A stretch of DNA of 64,000 bases from Escherichia phage vB_EcoM_KWBSE43-6. Of the stretch, positions 9,822 to 19,866 are shown piece by piece; the first letter of the stretch is position 1; every line of letters starts with the position of its first letter. The notes under the pieces are model-generated. The model searched no databases and was not told the DNA's origin. It was given only the letters and a program-made list of their open reading frames with translations. The translations under genes and the position numbers were made by a program. The stretch is from sequence record NC_048186.1; one strand, given 5' to 3'.

Positions 9822-12098
9822 ATGAAAACGCAATTTAACCAATCACAAGGCTCAACTTCACGTGAGACGAATAAAGAAGCGATTGCTCGCATCTTTGGTC
9901 TCAAGAAGTCTCAAGTCGGATATCTGTCAACAACCACTCCAATTGATTCGTATGTCATATTGTTTGACAAAGAAACTCAGACGTGTTGGTATCGAGGTAC
10001 AGCAACAGGTACTCCAATTTCTTGGAATGTCAATGGTGAATCATTATCTTTGACAACTAATTCTGGAACTTCTATATTAACTAAATCTAAACCATGGGAT
10101 GAATTGAATCAAAAACTATCATCACCACAAGGATTTGGTGCGATAGGCAAATTTTCTTCTTTGATTAATTTAAGAAATCATGAACCCACATACCCTGGCG
10201 AATCTGTGATTTTAGAAAGAATAGCGTCTGGGAAACCGACAGTTAACGTAGTGCTAAGGCATGATCCTACTGATACCACGTCTGTGGATGACGACATAAG
10301 CATATTTGTTACACCTGGTGGTGCTCGTTGGAAATTGGATATTAGTGATGGTTATGATATGAGACTGGCAGGGGTTAATGTTGATGGTACAAACTTTTCC
10401 TCTGCTTTAAATAAAATAGTCAGTGTCATTATTTCAAAAATAGTAGCTAATGGGCGGGTAAATAATGTTGCTCGTCGCATAAAAGTTGTCCCGACAAATT
10501 TTTTATGTCAATTCTTTTTAACTGATCCTGTTGATTTACCATCAATCGTGTCATGTTCTTTTTATGGGTCACCATTCATAGAATCACAAAACATGACGGG
10601 ACTCTATTCTTTCAGAATAGCCAACCAACCGTTCAGCACGTTGACCAAGGCTATGATGCAAGCAGAAACTTCGTGGCCTAATGGCCCGTTAAACCAAGTT
10701 ATCGGGAATAAAGTTATAAATTCAGGGGATGGCGGGAGAATAACTTTAAGGGGACCCGGATTTTCAGATGGTGTCCCAAGGATAGGTGTTATATTAGGTA
10801 ATGATGTGACCACAGATAAAGACGTGAGGGATTGTAGCGTAGAAGATATGAATATCTTCGGCTTCGACGCTTCTCATACGTTGGGTGGCTATTTTACCTT
10901 TATGGCAGGCTTCCGGAATTGTAACTTCTCGCGTTGTAATGTTGGTATGCGATTACCAAATATCACTGGAAACGCTGGGGAAAGAATGTGGTATGATTCT
11001 TGCACTTTTGGTAACATGACAAGCCATGCATTACACGTATTTGGGGCTGGTACGTATAGCTTGGTCAACACTTCCATAGACTTCATAGGCGGGGATATGT
11101 TCCATTATGGATCTGATTCTTCTGTGTCTATAGAATTTATTTCAGGCCATATAGAAGGTATACAAGGGTATGATGCCGCGAAAGATACTCCGACGAACTA
11201 TTCTCAGGCCAGGGTTCATATCCATTCTGCCGTTCTGAGAGATCCGAGACAAGGAAGCGGCCAATACAGGGGTATAAGGCAACGTTGGTCTTGCCCTTCT
11301 TCTTCATTTGGGCAAGGACTTTCCGTAATAGACGAATCTATTTCCCCCGGAATGGAGAATACAAAACCGAACACTGCATATCCGTGCTTTATGGGTAGTC
11401 CAAGTAATACTGGTGTTTACATAGAAACCCCGCGAACTGCTAACCGGGGAACGCCGTGGTTGAACAGCTATAGTGATTCTTGTTCCAAGAGAATAAATCC
11501 GACATATTTCTTTATAACTTCGGCGGGTACTGGGGAGTTAGGTCAGAGTCAATTAGTGTTGGATTATAACTTTTCATACACCAAAACTGGGGATGGAATA
11601 GTAGAATATGGTGTAGTCGGTGACGCGGATGCAGATGGATTTATACCGTTCAAGATTACTTGTAATGATGTCAATACAGTCATTAATTTGTTCTGTAATA
11701 ACCGATCTAAAGCCACCAACGGAAACAAGCCTTTATGGGGAGCTTGCTCAGTTAAATTGGCGAATTCCGTGGGTGATGTCATGATCGCTCCACTTAGGGC
11801 AACATATTTAGGTTCTACTATCACGTCGATATATAATGACACCACGAAGACGGTAACAAGTACGTTAAATCCTGTTCTTCGTTCAACAAACGTGGGAGTT
11901 GCTCTTAACCTTAGAGATCTGTTGAACGGAAGCGGACTAACAACTAATGACTATCAGGCGACTTATCCTCGATATGTTACTGGTTACTACCAGGGCAATG
12001 ATTTCTTTGTCCCCGGTTTCCGCCTTTGGAATTTCACAGGAACCATATATTTGAAATTGCCTATTTGGTGGTTCGAAGGTGATAACTTTGGAGCATAA
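9822..12098 (+). CDS. tail spike protein, 758 aa, conserved N-terminal anchor module
   Basis: ATG 9822 (GAGGA 8 nt upstream); N-terminus MKTQFNQSQGSTSRETNKEAIARIFG... homologous to 7488 gene; divergent C-terminal receptor-binding/depolymerase region. Confidence 0.75.
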   Translation: MKTQFNQSQGSTSRETNKEAIARIFGLKKSQVGYLSTTTPIDSYVILFDKETQTCWYRGTATGTPISWNVNGESLSLTTNSGTSILTKSKPWDELNQKLSSPQGFGAIGKFSSLINLRNHEPTYPGESVILERIASGKPTVNVVLRHDPTDTTSVDDDISIFVTPGGARWKLDISDGYDMRLAGVNVDGTNFSSALNKIVSVIISKIVANGRVNNVARRIKVVPTNFLCQFFLTDPVDLPSIVSCSFYGSPFIESQNMTGLYSFRIANQPFSTLTKAMMQAETSWPNGPLNQVIGNKVINSGDGGRITLRGPGFSDGVPRIGVILGNDVTTDKDVRDCSVEDMNIFGFDASHTLGGYFTFMAGFRNCNFSRCNVGMRLPNITGNAGERMWYDSCTFGNMTSHALHVFGAGTYSLVNTSIDFIGGDMFHYGSDSSVSIEFISGHIEGIQGYDAAKDTPTNYSQARVHIHSAVLRDPRQGSGQYRGIRQRWSCPSSSFGQGLSVIDESISPGMENTKPNTAYPCFMGSPSNTGVYIETPRTANRGTPWLNSYSDSCSKRINPTYFFITSAGTGELGQSQLVLDYNFSYTKTGDGIVEYGVVGDADADGFIPFKITCNDVNTVINLFCNNRSKATNGNKPLWGACSVKLANSVGDVMIAPLRATYLGSTITSIYNDTTKTVTSTLNPVLRSTNVGVALNLRDLLNGSGLTTNDYQATYPRYVTGYYQGNDFFVPGFRLWNFTGTIYLKLPIWWFEGDNFGA

Positions 12099-12099
12099 T

Positions 12100-12354
12100 A
12101 TGTATACCATACATAAAATTCCTTGTGACATAGTCTACAATTCTTTGTTAGAGCATCATAAGTTTTTCATATCTTTAAAGAAAGATTTGGCAAAGCGTAT
12201 TAAGAATTCTACGTCAGGATTCAAATATGAAAATTTCAAATTTTGTTATGACAAAGATGATGTAAATCAATATTATCTAAAATTAGATTCAAAATGTCGT
12301 GACTTTGAAACCCAATTAAACGAAATTTGGTTTCATTCAGTACACCAACAATGA
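12100..12354 (+). CDS. hypothetical protein, 84 aa
   Basis: ATG 12100 immediately after tail-spike stop; AT-rich. Confidence 0.45.
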   Translation: MYTIHKIPCDIVYNSLLEHHKFFISLKKDLAKRIKNSTSGFKYENFKFCYDKDDVNQYYLKLDSKCRDFETQLNEIWFHSVHQQ

Positions 12355-12364
12355 GGATTATGGT

Positions 12365-12625
12365 ATGAAATTTAGTATAATTGAAACAGAAGTTAACCCA
12401 GGTTCTGAACTAAGGAATTTCTTAGTCGTTCCTGCAGGAAGTGAAAAAGAAACCGAAGACAATTGGATTCTTTCTTTCAAACATGATTCTGTCGATACTT
12501 TGCAAGAAACCGCTTCTCGTTATCTCATCGCATTCGGTGTCTTGTCCTCGTTGTCACTCAGTTTAGACAACACTGCTATTGTTGAATTGGTGAAAACTTT
12601 AGATAACACTTCAGTTTCAAGTTGA
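12365..12625 (+). CDS. hypothetical protein, 86 aa
   Basis: ATG 12365 with GAGGA 7 nt upstream; terminator follows. Confidence 0.5.
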   Translation: MKFSIIETEVNPGSELRNFLVVPAGSEKETEDNWILSFKHDSVDTLQETASRYLIAFGVLSSLSLSLDNTAIVELVKTLDNTSVSS

Positions 12626-12632
12626 TGCAATT

Positions 12633-12656
12633 AGCCCCCTCGGGGGCTTTATTCTT
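12633..12656 (+). terminator. rho-independent terminator
   Basis: AGCCCCC tc GGGGGCT followed by TTATTCTT. Confidence 0.6.
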
Positions 12657-12679
12657 CATACGATGGGTTGTGTGGTATA

Positions 12680-12686
12680 CTAAATA
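12680..12686 (+). promoter_or_regulatory. late-promoter-like box CTAAATA
   Basis: TACTAAATAATTCC about 35 nt upstream of ATG 12721. Confidence 0.4.
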
Positions 12687-12720
12687 ATTCCAAGACAAAA
12701 CTCTATAGATGGAGTACAAA

Positions 12721-15700
12721 ATGCAACAATTGAATCTTAACCGCCGCCCTTATTGGGACGACTGGAATCCAGAGAAGCGTTTCAGCCGCATCCTGTTCCG
12801 CCCAAATCCAATCAAAGTACAGACTCGTGAGCTGAACCAGCTGCAGACTATCCTACAGGATCAAATTGAGAAGATCGGTAATCATCTTTTCAAAGACGGT
12901 TCCATGGTAATCCCAGGCGGTTTGACTATTACCAATTCGGCTGTATCCATGAAGTTCCAGCTGGCGGGTGGGAGCGAATTCACCGACCTGGAAGGCATTC
13001 AAGAACTGTACGTGATTGGCAAAGACAACAACGCCAAGGCCCGTGTATTGTCTCTGGAACGCTACACCAGCGAACCGGATATGATGTTCTGTATCCTGGA
13101 AATGACCGAGTCCGGCACTGCCGATGGATTCAGCCCGAACGATAATCTATACTTCAACACTTATGATGTGAATGATAACTTCATCCGTATCGGTTATGGT
13201 GTTGCACAGACTGTCGGTGGCTCTATTGTTGCTCGGATGACCAAAGGCGTCTATTTCGTTCGTGGGTTCTTCCTCGACGTTGACGATGATATGTTGGTTG
13301 TCAACAAATATGCAAATAACACCAGCCATCGCGTCGGGTTCAAAGTTACTGAAGAAATCGTGACTGAAGAGCAAGATAGTAGTCTGTTCTCCAATGCCCA
13401 GGGTACACCGAACACCAAAGCGCCGGGCGCTCATCGCCTTCGTTTGGATCTGAGTCTTCAGGCGTTTGATTATGACGCAGAAGTCGAAGATTTCGTTGAG
13501 CTGGCGAAGATCAAAGACGGTAAAATCCAGTCTATGGTCACCCAATCGACGTACAATATCCTCGAAGACACTATGGCCCAGCGCACCTATGAGCAAGCTG
13601 GTGACTACAACGTGTCTACTCACCAGATCGACCTTCGCGAACACCTGAAAGAAAACAACAATGGTGGGGTATATACTCCGGCCGAAGGTGGCGATGAAAG
13701 CAAACTGGTTGCGGTAATGAAGCCGGGCATTTCTTATGTCCGTGGTCGTCGTATTGAGAACGTCGGGGAAGAACTCGTCGTCATTGATAAGGCGCGTGAT
13801 ACAGACCTCCTGAACAACACGCCAGTTGCTGTAGCGACAGGTAATTTCCTGACGACCAAGAACTCTAAAGGTGTTCCTGTTATCAGCCGTAGTATTCGCT
13901 ACAAATTGCTGAATGCTTCTGGTGTTACCCAAGCGACTGCCCTGTGTATCTCCGCCGACCGTACCGGGACGGAATTCCGTCTGTATATGCGTGACCTGGT
14001 CGTCACTGGTGATATGAGCACGGTCACCAAAGTCGCTTACGAAGAAAGCGGGACCACGATGTTCTCGGCAGCGTTGGAAACTAATCAGTTCTCACAAAGT
14101 TCATCTATGGATCTCATATTTGAACTGCCTGTCTTTGGCGTGAAAACTTTGGCTCCGACCGGAACGATTGATATCAACTACACCGTCTTGCGTTCTTACA
14201 AAATTACGCTGGATGCGTCAGGTAACGGTTCTATATCTGCACCGCTGGGATACAGTTTTTCTCCGGAATTCTCACTCTACTCCGGAGCGAAATCTGACGG
14301 AACCGCCGCCCAGATCGATATCTCCAGCAGCCTGTCTCTGACCGGGACACCAGTTGGGTCGGCTCTGCAGATTTCCCTCGGTTCCGGTAATGCTCTGCAA
14401 TCTATCAACCTGTTGGCGCTGATGGTACGCACCACTGCTATCATCAAAACCAAAACTGTTACGACTGCTACTGAGACTGTGATCTTCACCAACCAGGCCA
14501 GCATCCAGCTTGCGAACCATGACGGCTACAAATTGACTTCCGTCAAAAATGCCAATGGTGCTGACGTGACCTCTAACTTCACTCTGGATGGCGGGCAGCG
14601 TGATGCGGCGTACTACAAGTCCAGTCTGATATCGGCCACTGGAGCCATTTCAGGCGCGTATACCGTGGAATACACGTATTTCGCTCACAGTACTGGTGAC
14701 TTCTTTACCGCTGATTCGTATACTTCTATTGATTACAAATCAATCCCGAATTATACGTCGAGCACGTCGGGTACAGTGTATGGTCTGGCCGACAGTATAG
14801 ACTTCCGCCCTAAAATCACCAATGGTGCGTCTGATACTGATATGGTGCGGCCTAACACGGCGATCATCATGGACGTTGAATATTATCTGCCTCGCATTGA
14901 TGCTGTGTACCTGGCAGACAACGGCGTTTTCAACGTTGCTCGTGGTATCAGTTCGAACAACCTGGCGGCTCCGGCTATTCCAGCAAACGCCATGCGTTTG
15001 TACGAACTGTTGATTCCCCCATATACTCCGGATATTGACGATATTCAGATCCGTACTATCGACAACCGCCGCTACACAATGCGGGATATCGGTAAGCTGG
15101 ACACCCGTATATCGAACGTCGAGTATTACACAACACTGTCTCAGCTGGAATCTTCGGCTATGACTCAGCAAGTATTCGACCCGGTAACAGGCAACCCACG
15201 TTACAAAAATGGTATCGCTGCTGATCCGTTCAAAGACTTTCGTCTGATTGATGATCTGTCTTCCGACTGGATGGGTTCCGTAGACACCGACAATGGTCGC
15301 CTGCGTCCGTTTGTACAACAAAACGCGATTGACCTGGTTCCGGATGGGTGGGACAAGGTTATGGACGGTATGGTCGTGTGCAAATACACACCGGAAATTT
15401 CTGTTAATCAGGAATATGCGACGACGACGATCAACGTCAACCCATATGCTGTGTTTAACTGGACGGGGTTCCTCAAACTCAATCCGACAACAGATTACTG
15501 GTTTGAAAACTACTACGTTGCCCCTCGTGTTATCAACGAGACGATCAATACCCGTGGTGCTGTCCAAGAAGGTACGGTTTATGGTACATGGCGGACTGTG
15601 TCTGTATCTGAGCGGGTATGGGAACCGCACGGCGCGGGCGGCGTATGGTGGGGATATCGTTATAGAACCACTGTGTCTACACGTGATGTTTCGACTTACA

Positions 15701-17559
15701 CGTACACGGATACAACCACCACTTCACTTTCTGGCGAACAGATTGTTGAAACTCAGGTTATTCCGTACATGCGTTCAATCGAAATCAACTTTGACGCCAG
15801 CGGCCTGCGCCCGTTCACCAGAATGTATGCATTCTTCTCTGGTCGGGATGTGAATCTGTACTGCAAACCGAACGGCGGGGCATATGGTGCACCGTTGACG
15901 ACGGACGCCAACGGTAATCTGAAAGGTGTATTCAAAGTTCCGCAGAATAACACCATTAAATTCAATACTGGTGACAACGTCTTCCGGTTAACTGACAGCC
16001 CGACTGATAGCAAGTCTGCTGATGATACTCTGACGAATGCCGAGATTGTTCATAAGTCCTTTGGTAAGAAACAAGGTATCCAGAAGACCTATGTTAACAC
16101 ACGTGTCCTGGGTTATACTGTATCGACTAAATCTGAAACAACTTCGTCTGAAGCCGTTGTTGGTCAGTGGCGTGATCCTATCGCACAATCTTTCATGGTG
16201 GCGACCAGCATCGGTGGTGAATACATTGAAGGTGTGGAAGTGTTCTTCTCAAGCAAATCACGTGATGTTCCAGTAACTCTGGAAATCCGTGAGATGAGCA
16301 ATGGCCTTCCGGCAAGTACTGTTATCACCCGGAAAACTTTGAACCCGTCTGACGTCAAAGTATCGAATGACTCTTCCCTCGGGACGAAATTCACTTTCGA
16401 TTATCCAGTATATCTGCAGGCTGGCACAGAGTTTGCTATCGTTCTTCTGGCTAACACCCAGGATTACAATGCTTACATTGCAGAAATGGGTAAAAAGAAT
16501 TTGCTGTCGAACGAATATATCGCCAAACAACCGTATACTGGCGTGTTCTTCACCTCGTCAAACGGTTCAACCTGGTCTCCAAACCAAATGGCGGATATGA
16601 AATTCCGTGTGTATCGCTGTAATTTTGCTGCTGCCGACAACGTGGTGACATTTACTCCGAACGCCGGGCCTAAAATCCGTCCTCTTGGTCTGAACGTGTT
16701 GAACTGCGTCAACGGTTCTACTGTGGTCACAGTTTACGCACCGGGCCATGGTCTTGTTGCGGGCAACTCTGTGACGTTGTCAGAACTGACGGGCGGCTGC
16801 GGCTTTACCGCAGAGCAACTGAATAAAGTTCACACTGTCACGGATGCGAGCTATACTTCATTCAAGATTGATGTTGGCGCAGCTGCGGACAGCGATGGAC
16901 AGATTGGTGGTGAAGACGGTTCTTTCTTGGGCAATTACCTGGTAGATATGTTCTATGCCAGCGTGACCAATTCAGCCCTGGAAGGTTCTATATTGAAACT
17001 GGAATACCGTTATCGTGATTCTACTTCCAATTCTATGTCTGATTGGGCTGAGTTTGAATCTGATACTGATGTTCCTTTGCCAACAGAAGGTATTTATCGT
17101 CAGGCTGGGGATTTCCAGGTAAGAGCCACCATGACTCGCAGCGCGAGCAATGCGTACACGGCACCAATGATTGATGGTGATGACTTAACCGTGGTTCTCA
17201 ACTCGCATGGCGTAGATCCTTTCGAGGACGTTTTCCGCTATGTGACCAAGGACGTAAGTTTTGACAACCCGTGTACAACTTTGAAAATGTACTTCGGCGC
17301 GATGTTGCCTTCTCAGTCCACCATGACTGTACAGGTCAAACTTCTGCGCCCAGGGCAAGAAATGGATTCGATCGAATGGGAAACGGTTACGCCGAATTCT
17401 CCTCTGGTCAACGATGGTTCCGCATTCTTTGAATATGAATACGATAAGACCGTCGACAGCAGCAGTCCATTTTCAGCCCTGAAAGTCAGAGCATTAATTC
17501 GCGGAAGCCGGATAGCCCCACCTTCCTGCAAAGATTTCCGCTTGATTGCTCTGGCATAA
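12721..17559 (+). CDS. large virion structural protein, 1612 aa (baseplate or fiber component, function unassigned)
   Basis: 4.8 kb uninterrupted ORF; ATG 12721 preferred over 12709 because GGAG lies 6 nt upstream; between tail-spike cluster and neck genes. Confidence 0.6.
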   Translation: MQQLNLNRRPYWDDWNPEKRFSRILFRPNPIKVQTRELNQLQTILQDQIEKIGNHLFKDGSMVIPGGLTITNSAVSMKFQLAGGSEFTDLEGIQELYVIGKDNNAKARVLSLERYTSEPDMMFCILEMTESGTADGFSPNDNLYFNTYDVNDNFIRIGYGVAQTVGGSIVARMTKGVYFVRGFFLDVDDDMLVVNKYANNTSHRVGFKVTEEIVTEEQDSSLFSNAQGTPNTKAPGAHRLRLDLSLQAFDYDAEVEDFVELAKIKDGKIQSMVTQSTYNILEDTMAQRTYEQAGDYNVSTHQIDLREHLKENNNGGVYTPAEGGDESKLVAVMKPGISYVRGRRIENVGEELVVIDKARDTDLLNNTPVAVATGNFLTTKNSKGVPVISRSIRYKLLNASGVTQATALCISADRTGTEFRLYMRDLVVTGDMSTVTKVAYEESGTTMFSAALETNQFSQSSSMDLIFELPVFGVKTLAPTGTIDINYTVLRSYKITLDASGNGSISAPLGYSFSPEFSLYSGAKSDGTAAQIDISSSLSLTGTPVGSALQISLGSGNALQSINLLALMVRTTAIIKTKTVTTATETVIFTNQASIQLANHDGYKLTSVKNANGADVTSNFTLDGGQRDAAYYKSSLISATGAISGAYTVEYTYFAHSTGDFFTADSYTSIDYKSIPNYTSSTSGTVYGLADSIDFRPKITNGASDTDMVRPNTAIIMDVEYYLPRIDAVYLADNGVFNVARGISSNNLAAPAIPANAMRLYELLIPPYTPDIDDIQIRTIDNRRYTMRDIGKLDTRISNVEYYTTLSQLESSAMTQQVFDPVTGNPRYKNGIAADPFKDFRLIDDLSSDWMGSVDTDNGRLRPFVQQNAIDLVPDGWDKVMDGMVVCKYTPEISVNQEYATTTINVNPYAVFNWTGFLKLNPTTDYWFENYYVAPRVINETINTRGAVQEGTVYGTWRTVSVSERVWEPHGAGGVWWGYRYRTTVSTRDVSTYTYTDTTTTSLSGEQIVETQVIPYMRSIEINFDASGLRPFTRMYAFFSGRDVNLYCKPNGGAYGAPLTTDANGNLKGVFKVPQNNTIKFNTGDNVFRLTDSPTDSKSADDTLTNAEIVHKSFGKKQGIQKTYVNTRVLGYTVSTKSETTSSEAVVGQWRDPIAQSFMVATSIGGEYIEGVEVFFSSKSRDVPVTLEIREMSNGLPASTVITRKTLNPSDVKVSNDSSLGTKFTFDYPVYLQAGTEFAIVLLANTQDYNAYIAEMGKKNLLSNEYIAKQPYTGVFFTSSNGSTWSPNQMADMKFRVYRCNFAAADNVVTFTPNAGPKIRPLGLNVLNCVNGSTVVTVYAPGHGLVAGNSVTLSELTGGCGFTAEQLNKVHTVTDASYTSFKIDVGAAADSDGQIGGEDGSFLGNYLVDMFYASVTNSALEGSILKLEYRYRDSTSNSMSDWAEFESDTDVPLPTEGIYRQAGDFQVRATMTRSASNAYTAPMIDGDDLTVVLNSHGVDPFEDVFRYVTKDVSFDNPCTTLKMYFGAMLPSQSTMTVQVKLLRPGQEMDSIEWETVTPNSPLVNDGSAFFEYEYDKTVDSSSPFSALKVRALIRGSRIAPPSCKDFRLIALA

Positions 17560-17572
17560 ATAAAATTGAAAT

Positions 17573-17591
17573 GGCGGGGGATTCCCCCGCC
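17573..17591 (+). other. GC-rich hairpin after large structural gene
   Basis: GGCGGGGG att CCCCCGCC; no clear T-tract so terminator function uncertain. Confidence 0.35.
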
Positions 17592-17604
17592 CTCTTGAGA
17601 GGAT

Positions 17605-17859
17605 ATGTGTATGCGTGGAATGAAAGTACAGGGGCACGCATCAATGGTACGCAGTAGCTCTTGCCCCGGAGCAATCATCTGCACTGACCATGTTGCTGGA
17701 ATGGCGGCGCTTCGGTCTCGCCAAGATACTGAACAAAGAGAGGCTAAGATTGCTGCGCAATCGGCCCAAATTGATCAGCTTGAAGCAACCGTTAAAATGT
17801 TGGCAGAAAAACTCGGGATTACAATCCCGGACGGGGGCGAAAATGACAACGCAGAATAA
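17605..17859 (+). CDS. hypothetical protein, 84 aa, coiled-coil C-terminus
   Basis: ATG 17605 after GAGAGG; overlaps next gene in another frame; start uncertain. Confidence 0.3.
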   Translation: MCMRGMKVQGHASMVRSSSCPGAIICTDHVAGMAALRSRQDTEQREAKIAAQSAQIDQLEATVKMLAEKLGITIPDGGENDNAE

Positions 17860-18181
17860 CAGCTTGTTTAATGTTAAGGAAATCTTGACTGCTGCCGTTG
17901 CATCTCTATTGGTCTCTTCTGCGACATTCGTATGGTTTATGGGTGGATTAGAAAACCGTGTGAATGTTCTGGAAAAAGACTCTGGGAAAGTTGACCAGAT
18001 TTTGATAAAGGTTAATGATCTCAGCGAAAGAATGGCTGTCATGAACAACGATATATCCTACGTTAAACAAAACATGACTGAATTGAAATTAAACAGCAGC
18101 AGCCTTTCTGACGACGTTAGAACATTGCGCCTGACTGTTTCAGATCTACAGCGCAAGGAGGGTGATAATGGCCGTCAATAA
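17843..18181 (+). CDS. membrane-anchored coiled-coil protein, 112 aa
   Basis: ATG 17843; N-terminal hydrophobic helix ILTAAVASLLVSSATFVWFMGG followed by coiled-coil-like region. Confidence 0.45.
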   Translation: MTTQNNSLFNVKEILTAAVASLLVSSATFVWFMGGLENRVNVLEKDSGKVDQILIKVNDLSERMAVMNNDISYVKQNMTELKLNSSSLSDDVRTLRLTVSDLQRKEGDNGRQ

Positions 18182-18920
18182 GATTCGGGACAAAGATTCA
18201 TTTATGAATTATGTCCTTCGTAAATTGGGTGCGCCTGTCATCCAAATCAACCTCGACAAAACACAAGTTGAAGACGCGGTTGATGATGCTTTACAGAAGT
18301 TTTGGGAGTACCATCGCGACGGTAGCCAAGATGCATTCTTCCTTTACCAGGTGAAGCAGGAAGACATCGATAAAGGATATATCACCTTTCCAGAAGATAT
18401 CGATGACGTTGTCGAAGTTATCCAAGGGCCACCAATTGAATCTATCGGTAACTGGGCAACCCCCCAGTGGCAGATGGCTCAGGCGATGTTAGTGCCCAAA
18501 GCTGCTTTGGTATCTATCCGTCTTATCGATTATGTCTCTATGCAGCAGCGCCTTTCCGATATCACCAGCGTCCTCAATGTCCGCAGGGCATTCGTCTACA
18601 AGAAATTCCAGCGCCGTCTGTACCCTCAATTCTCAGCTGTTATCGACGAAGTCCTGGCGTTCAAGTGCTACCAGAACATCGACCCCACAGCGGAAGAGAA
18701 CACAGAAGCATGGAATGACATGTGGCTGAAGGCTTATGCGACCGCATTGGTAAAACGCCGCTGGGCGGAAGTGCTCAAAAAGGCCCGAGGCATCCGTCTC
18801 CCTGGCGGGATAGAACTGGATGGCGATAGTATGTTCAGCGAGGCCGAGGCCGAGATCGAGCGCCTGGAAGAAGAACTGCGTACTGGTCAGCAGTATCCCA
18901 TCGACTTCTTTATGGGATAA
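18168..18920 (+). CDS. gp13: neck protein gp13
   Basis: ATG 18168 with AAGGAGG upstream; VLRKLGAPVIQINLDK...EYHRDG and C-terminal LPGGIELDG match T4 gp13 as remembered. Confidence 0.85.
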   Translation: MAVNKIRDKDSFMNYVLRKLGAPVIQINLDKTQVEDAVDDALQKFWEYHRDGSQDAFFLYQVKQEDIDKGYITFPEDIDDVVEVIQGPPIESIGNWATPQWQMAQAMLVPKAALVSIRLIDYVSMQQRLSDITSVLNVRRAFVYKKFQRRLYPQFSAVIDEVLAFKCYQNIDPTAEENTEAWNDMWLKAYATALVKRRWAEVLKKARGIRLPGGIELDGDSMFSEAEAEIERLEEELRTGQQYPIDFFMG

Positions 18921-18924
18921 CAAA

Positions 18925-18950
18925 AAGCCGGGGTTTCCCGGCTTTCTTTT
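18925..18950. terminator. rho-independent terminator (bidirectional)
   Basis: AAGCCGGG gttt CCCGGCTT then TCTTTT; stop of minus ORF lies at its 3' edge. Confidence 0.6.
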
Positions 18951-19161
18951 AGAGTTTGATATCCCGAGGGCCGGGTAGCGCAGTCGCCTGAATATACCCA
19001 TCATGGACGTTATTACTGTCCCACCATTCAATGAAGTCATTCCCGTCAGATTGTTTTACCAAACCGACGATATCATAATCACCACCTGCAATTTTAGCAT
19101 CCACACAGATGATTCTTACTCGACTTCCATCACGAGTTTCTTTGATATCTTCTACTTGCAT
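18949..19161 (-). CDS. hypothetical protein, 70 aa, opposite orientation between neck genes
   Basis: ATG (minus) 19159-19161 with GAGGA 8 nt upstream. Confidence 0.4.
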   Translation of the reverse strand: MQVEDIKETRDGSRVRIICVDAKIAGGDYDIVGLVKQSDGNDFIEWWDSNNVHDGYIQATALPGPRDIKL

Positions 19162-19192
19162 TCATCAATTCCTCAATAGAATTAAACATCGA

Positions 19193-19199
19193 CTAAATA
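19193..19199 (+). promoter_or_regulatory. late-promoter-like box CTAAATA
   Basis: CGACTAAATACC 30 nt upstream of ATG 19223. Confidence 0.4.
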
Positions 19200-19222
19200 C
19201 CTTCAAAATTGAGGGTATAGTC

Positions 19223-19864
19223 ATGGCCACTTCAAAATATTTCAACTACACGAACCACCAAGGCACGCAGAAGTTAATTGATGACCTCGTGGTGGAGATG
19301 ATACAATTACGTGGGATCGACGTCAAGTATATTCCACGCGCCATTTATGAAAAATACCCAATTTTAAACGAAGCCGAACATCGTTTCGACCAGGCGTTTG
19401 ATATTGAGGTCTATATGCAGGATTATCAGGGCTTCAACACCCAAATGTGGGAGAAGTTCGGTGGTATCCAGCTACAAGATGAGGTGACATTTACTATCGC
19501 CCGTCGCCGCTTTGCGGAAGTTATTGGTAACGGACCAGGACTGGATCAACAACCTCAGGAAGGGGATCTCATTTATCTTCCGATGGCGAATAAAATATTC
19601 AAGGTCAATAACCCGAATAATGACGAAGACTTCATGCAATTCGGTAAATGGTACACGTATTCATTACCATGTACCTTGTTCCAGTATGGCAACGAAGACT
19701 TCGATACTGGTGTCCCTGAAATTGATGATATTGATAAACGTCTTCAAGATCTTGAAGGTGATGGGGTTTACCAGGATGCTACTCTCCAAACAGACAACCA
19801 GTTTGCTGATGAGATCGAAGAAGATCTGGCCCCCAATAATGTCAAAATAGATTTTGGAGAATAA
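19223..19864 (+). CDS. gp14: neck protein gp14-like
   Basis: ATG 19223 after GAGGG; position between gp13 and gp15 homologs; size and acidic C-terminus consistent. Confidence 0.65.
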   Translation: MATSKYFNYTNHQGTQKLIDDLVVEMIQLRGIDVKYIPRAIYEKYPILNEAEHRFDQAFDIEVYMQDYQGFNTQMWEKFGGIQLQDEVTFTIARRRFAEVIGNGPGLDQQPQEGDLIYLPMANKIFKVNNPNNDEDFMQFGKWYTYSLPCTLFQYGNEDFDTGVPEIDDIDKRLQDLEGDGVYQDATLQTDNQFADEIEEDLAPNNVKIDFGE

Positions 19865-19866
19865 CC

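Noticed and set aside
12709-12720. ATG 12709 as start of the 1612-aa protein
   Set aside because: GGAG sits 6 nt upstream of the second ATG at 12721 and overlaps the first ATG, so 12721 is preferred; the difference is 4 codons.
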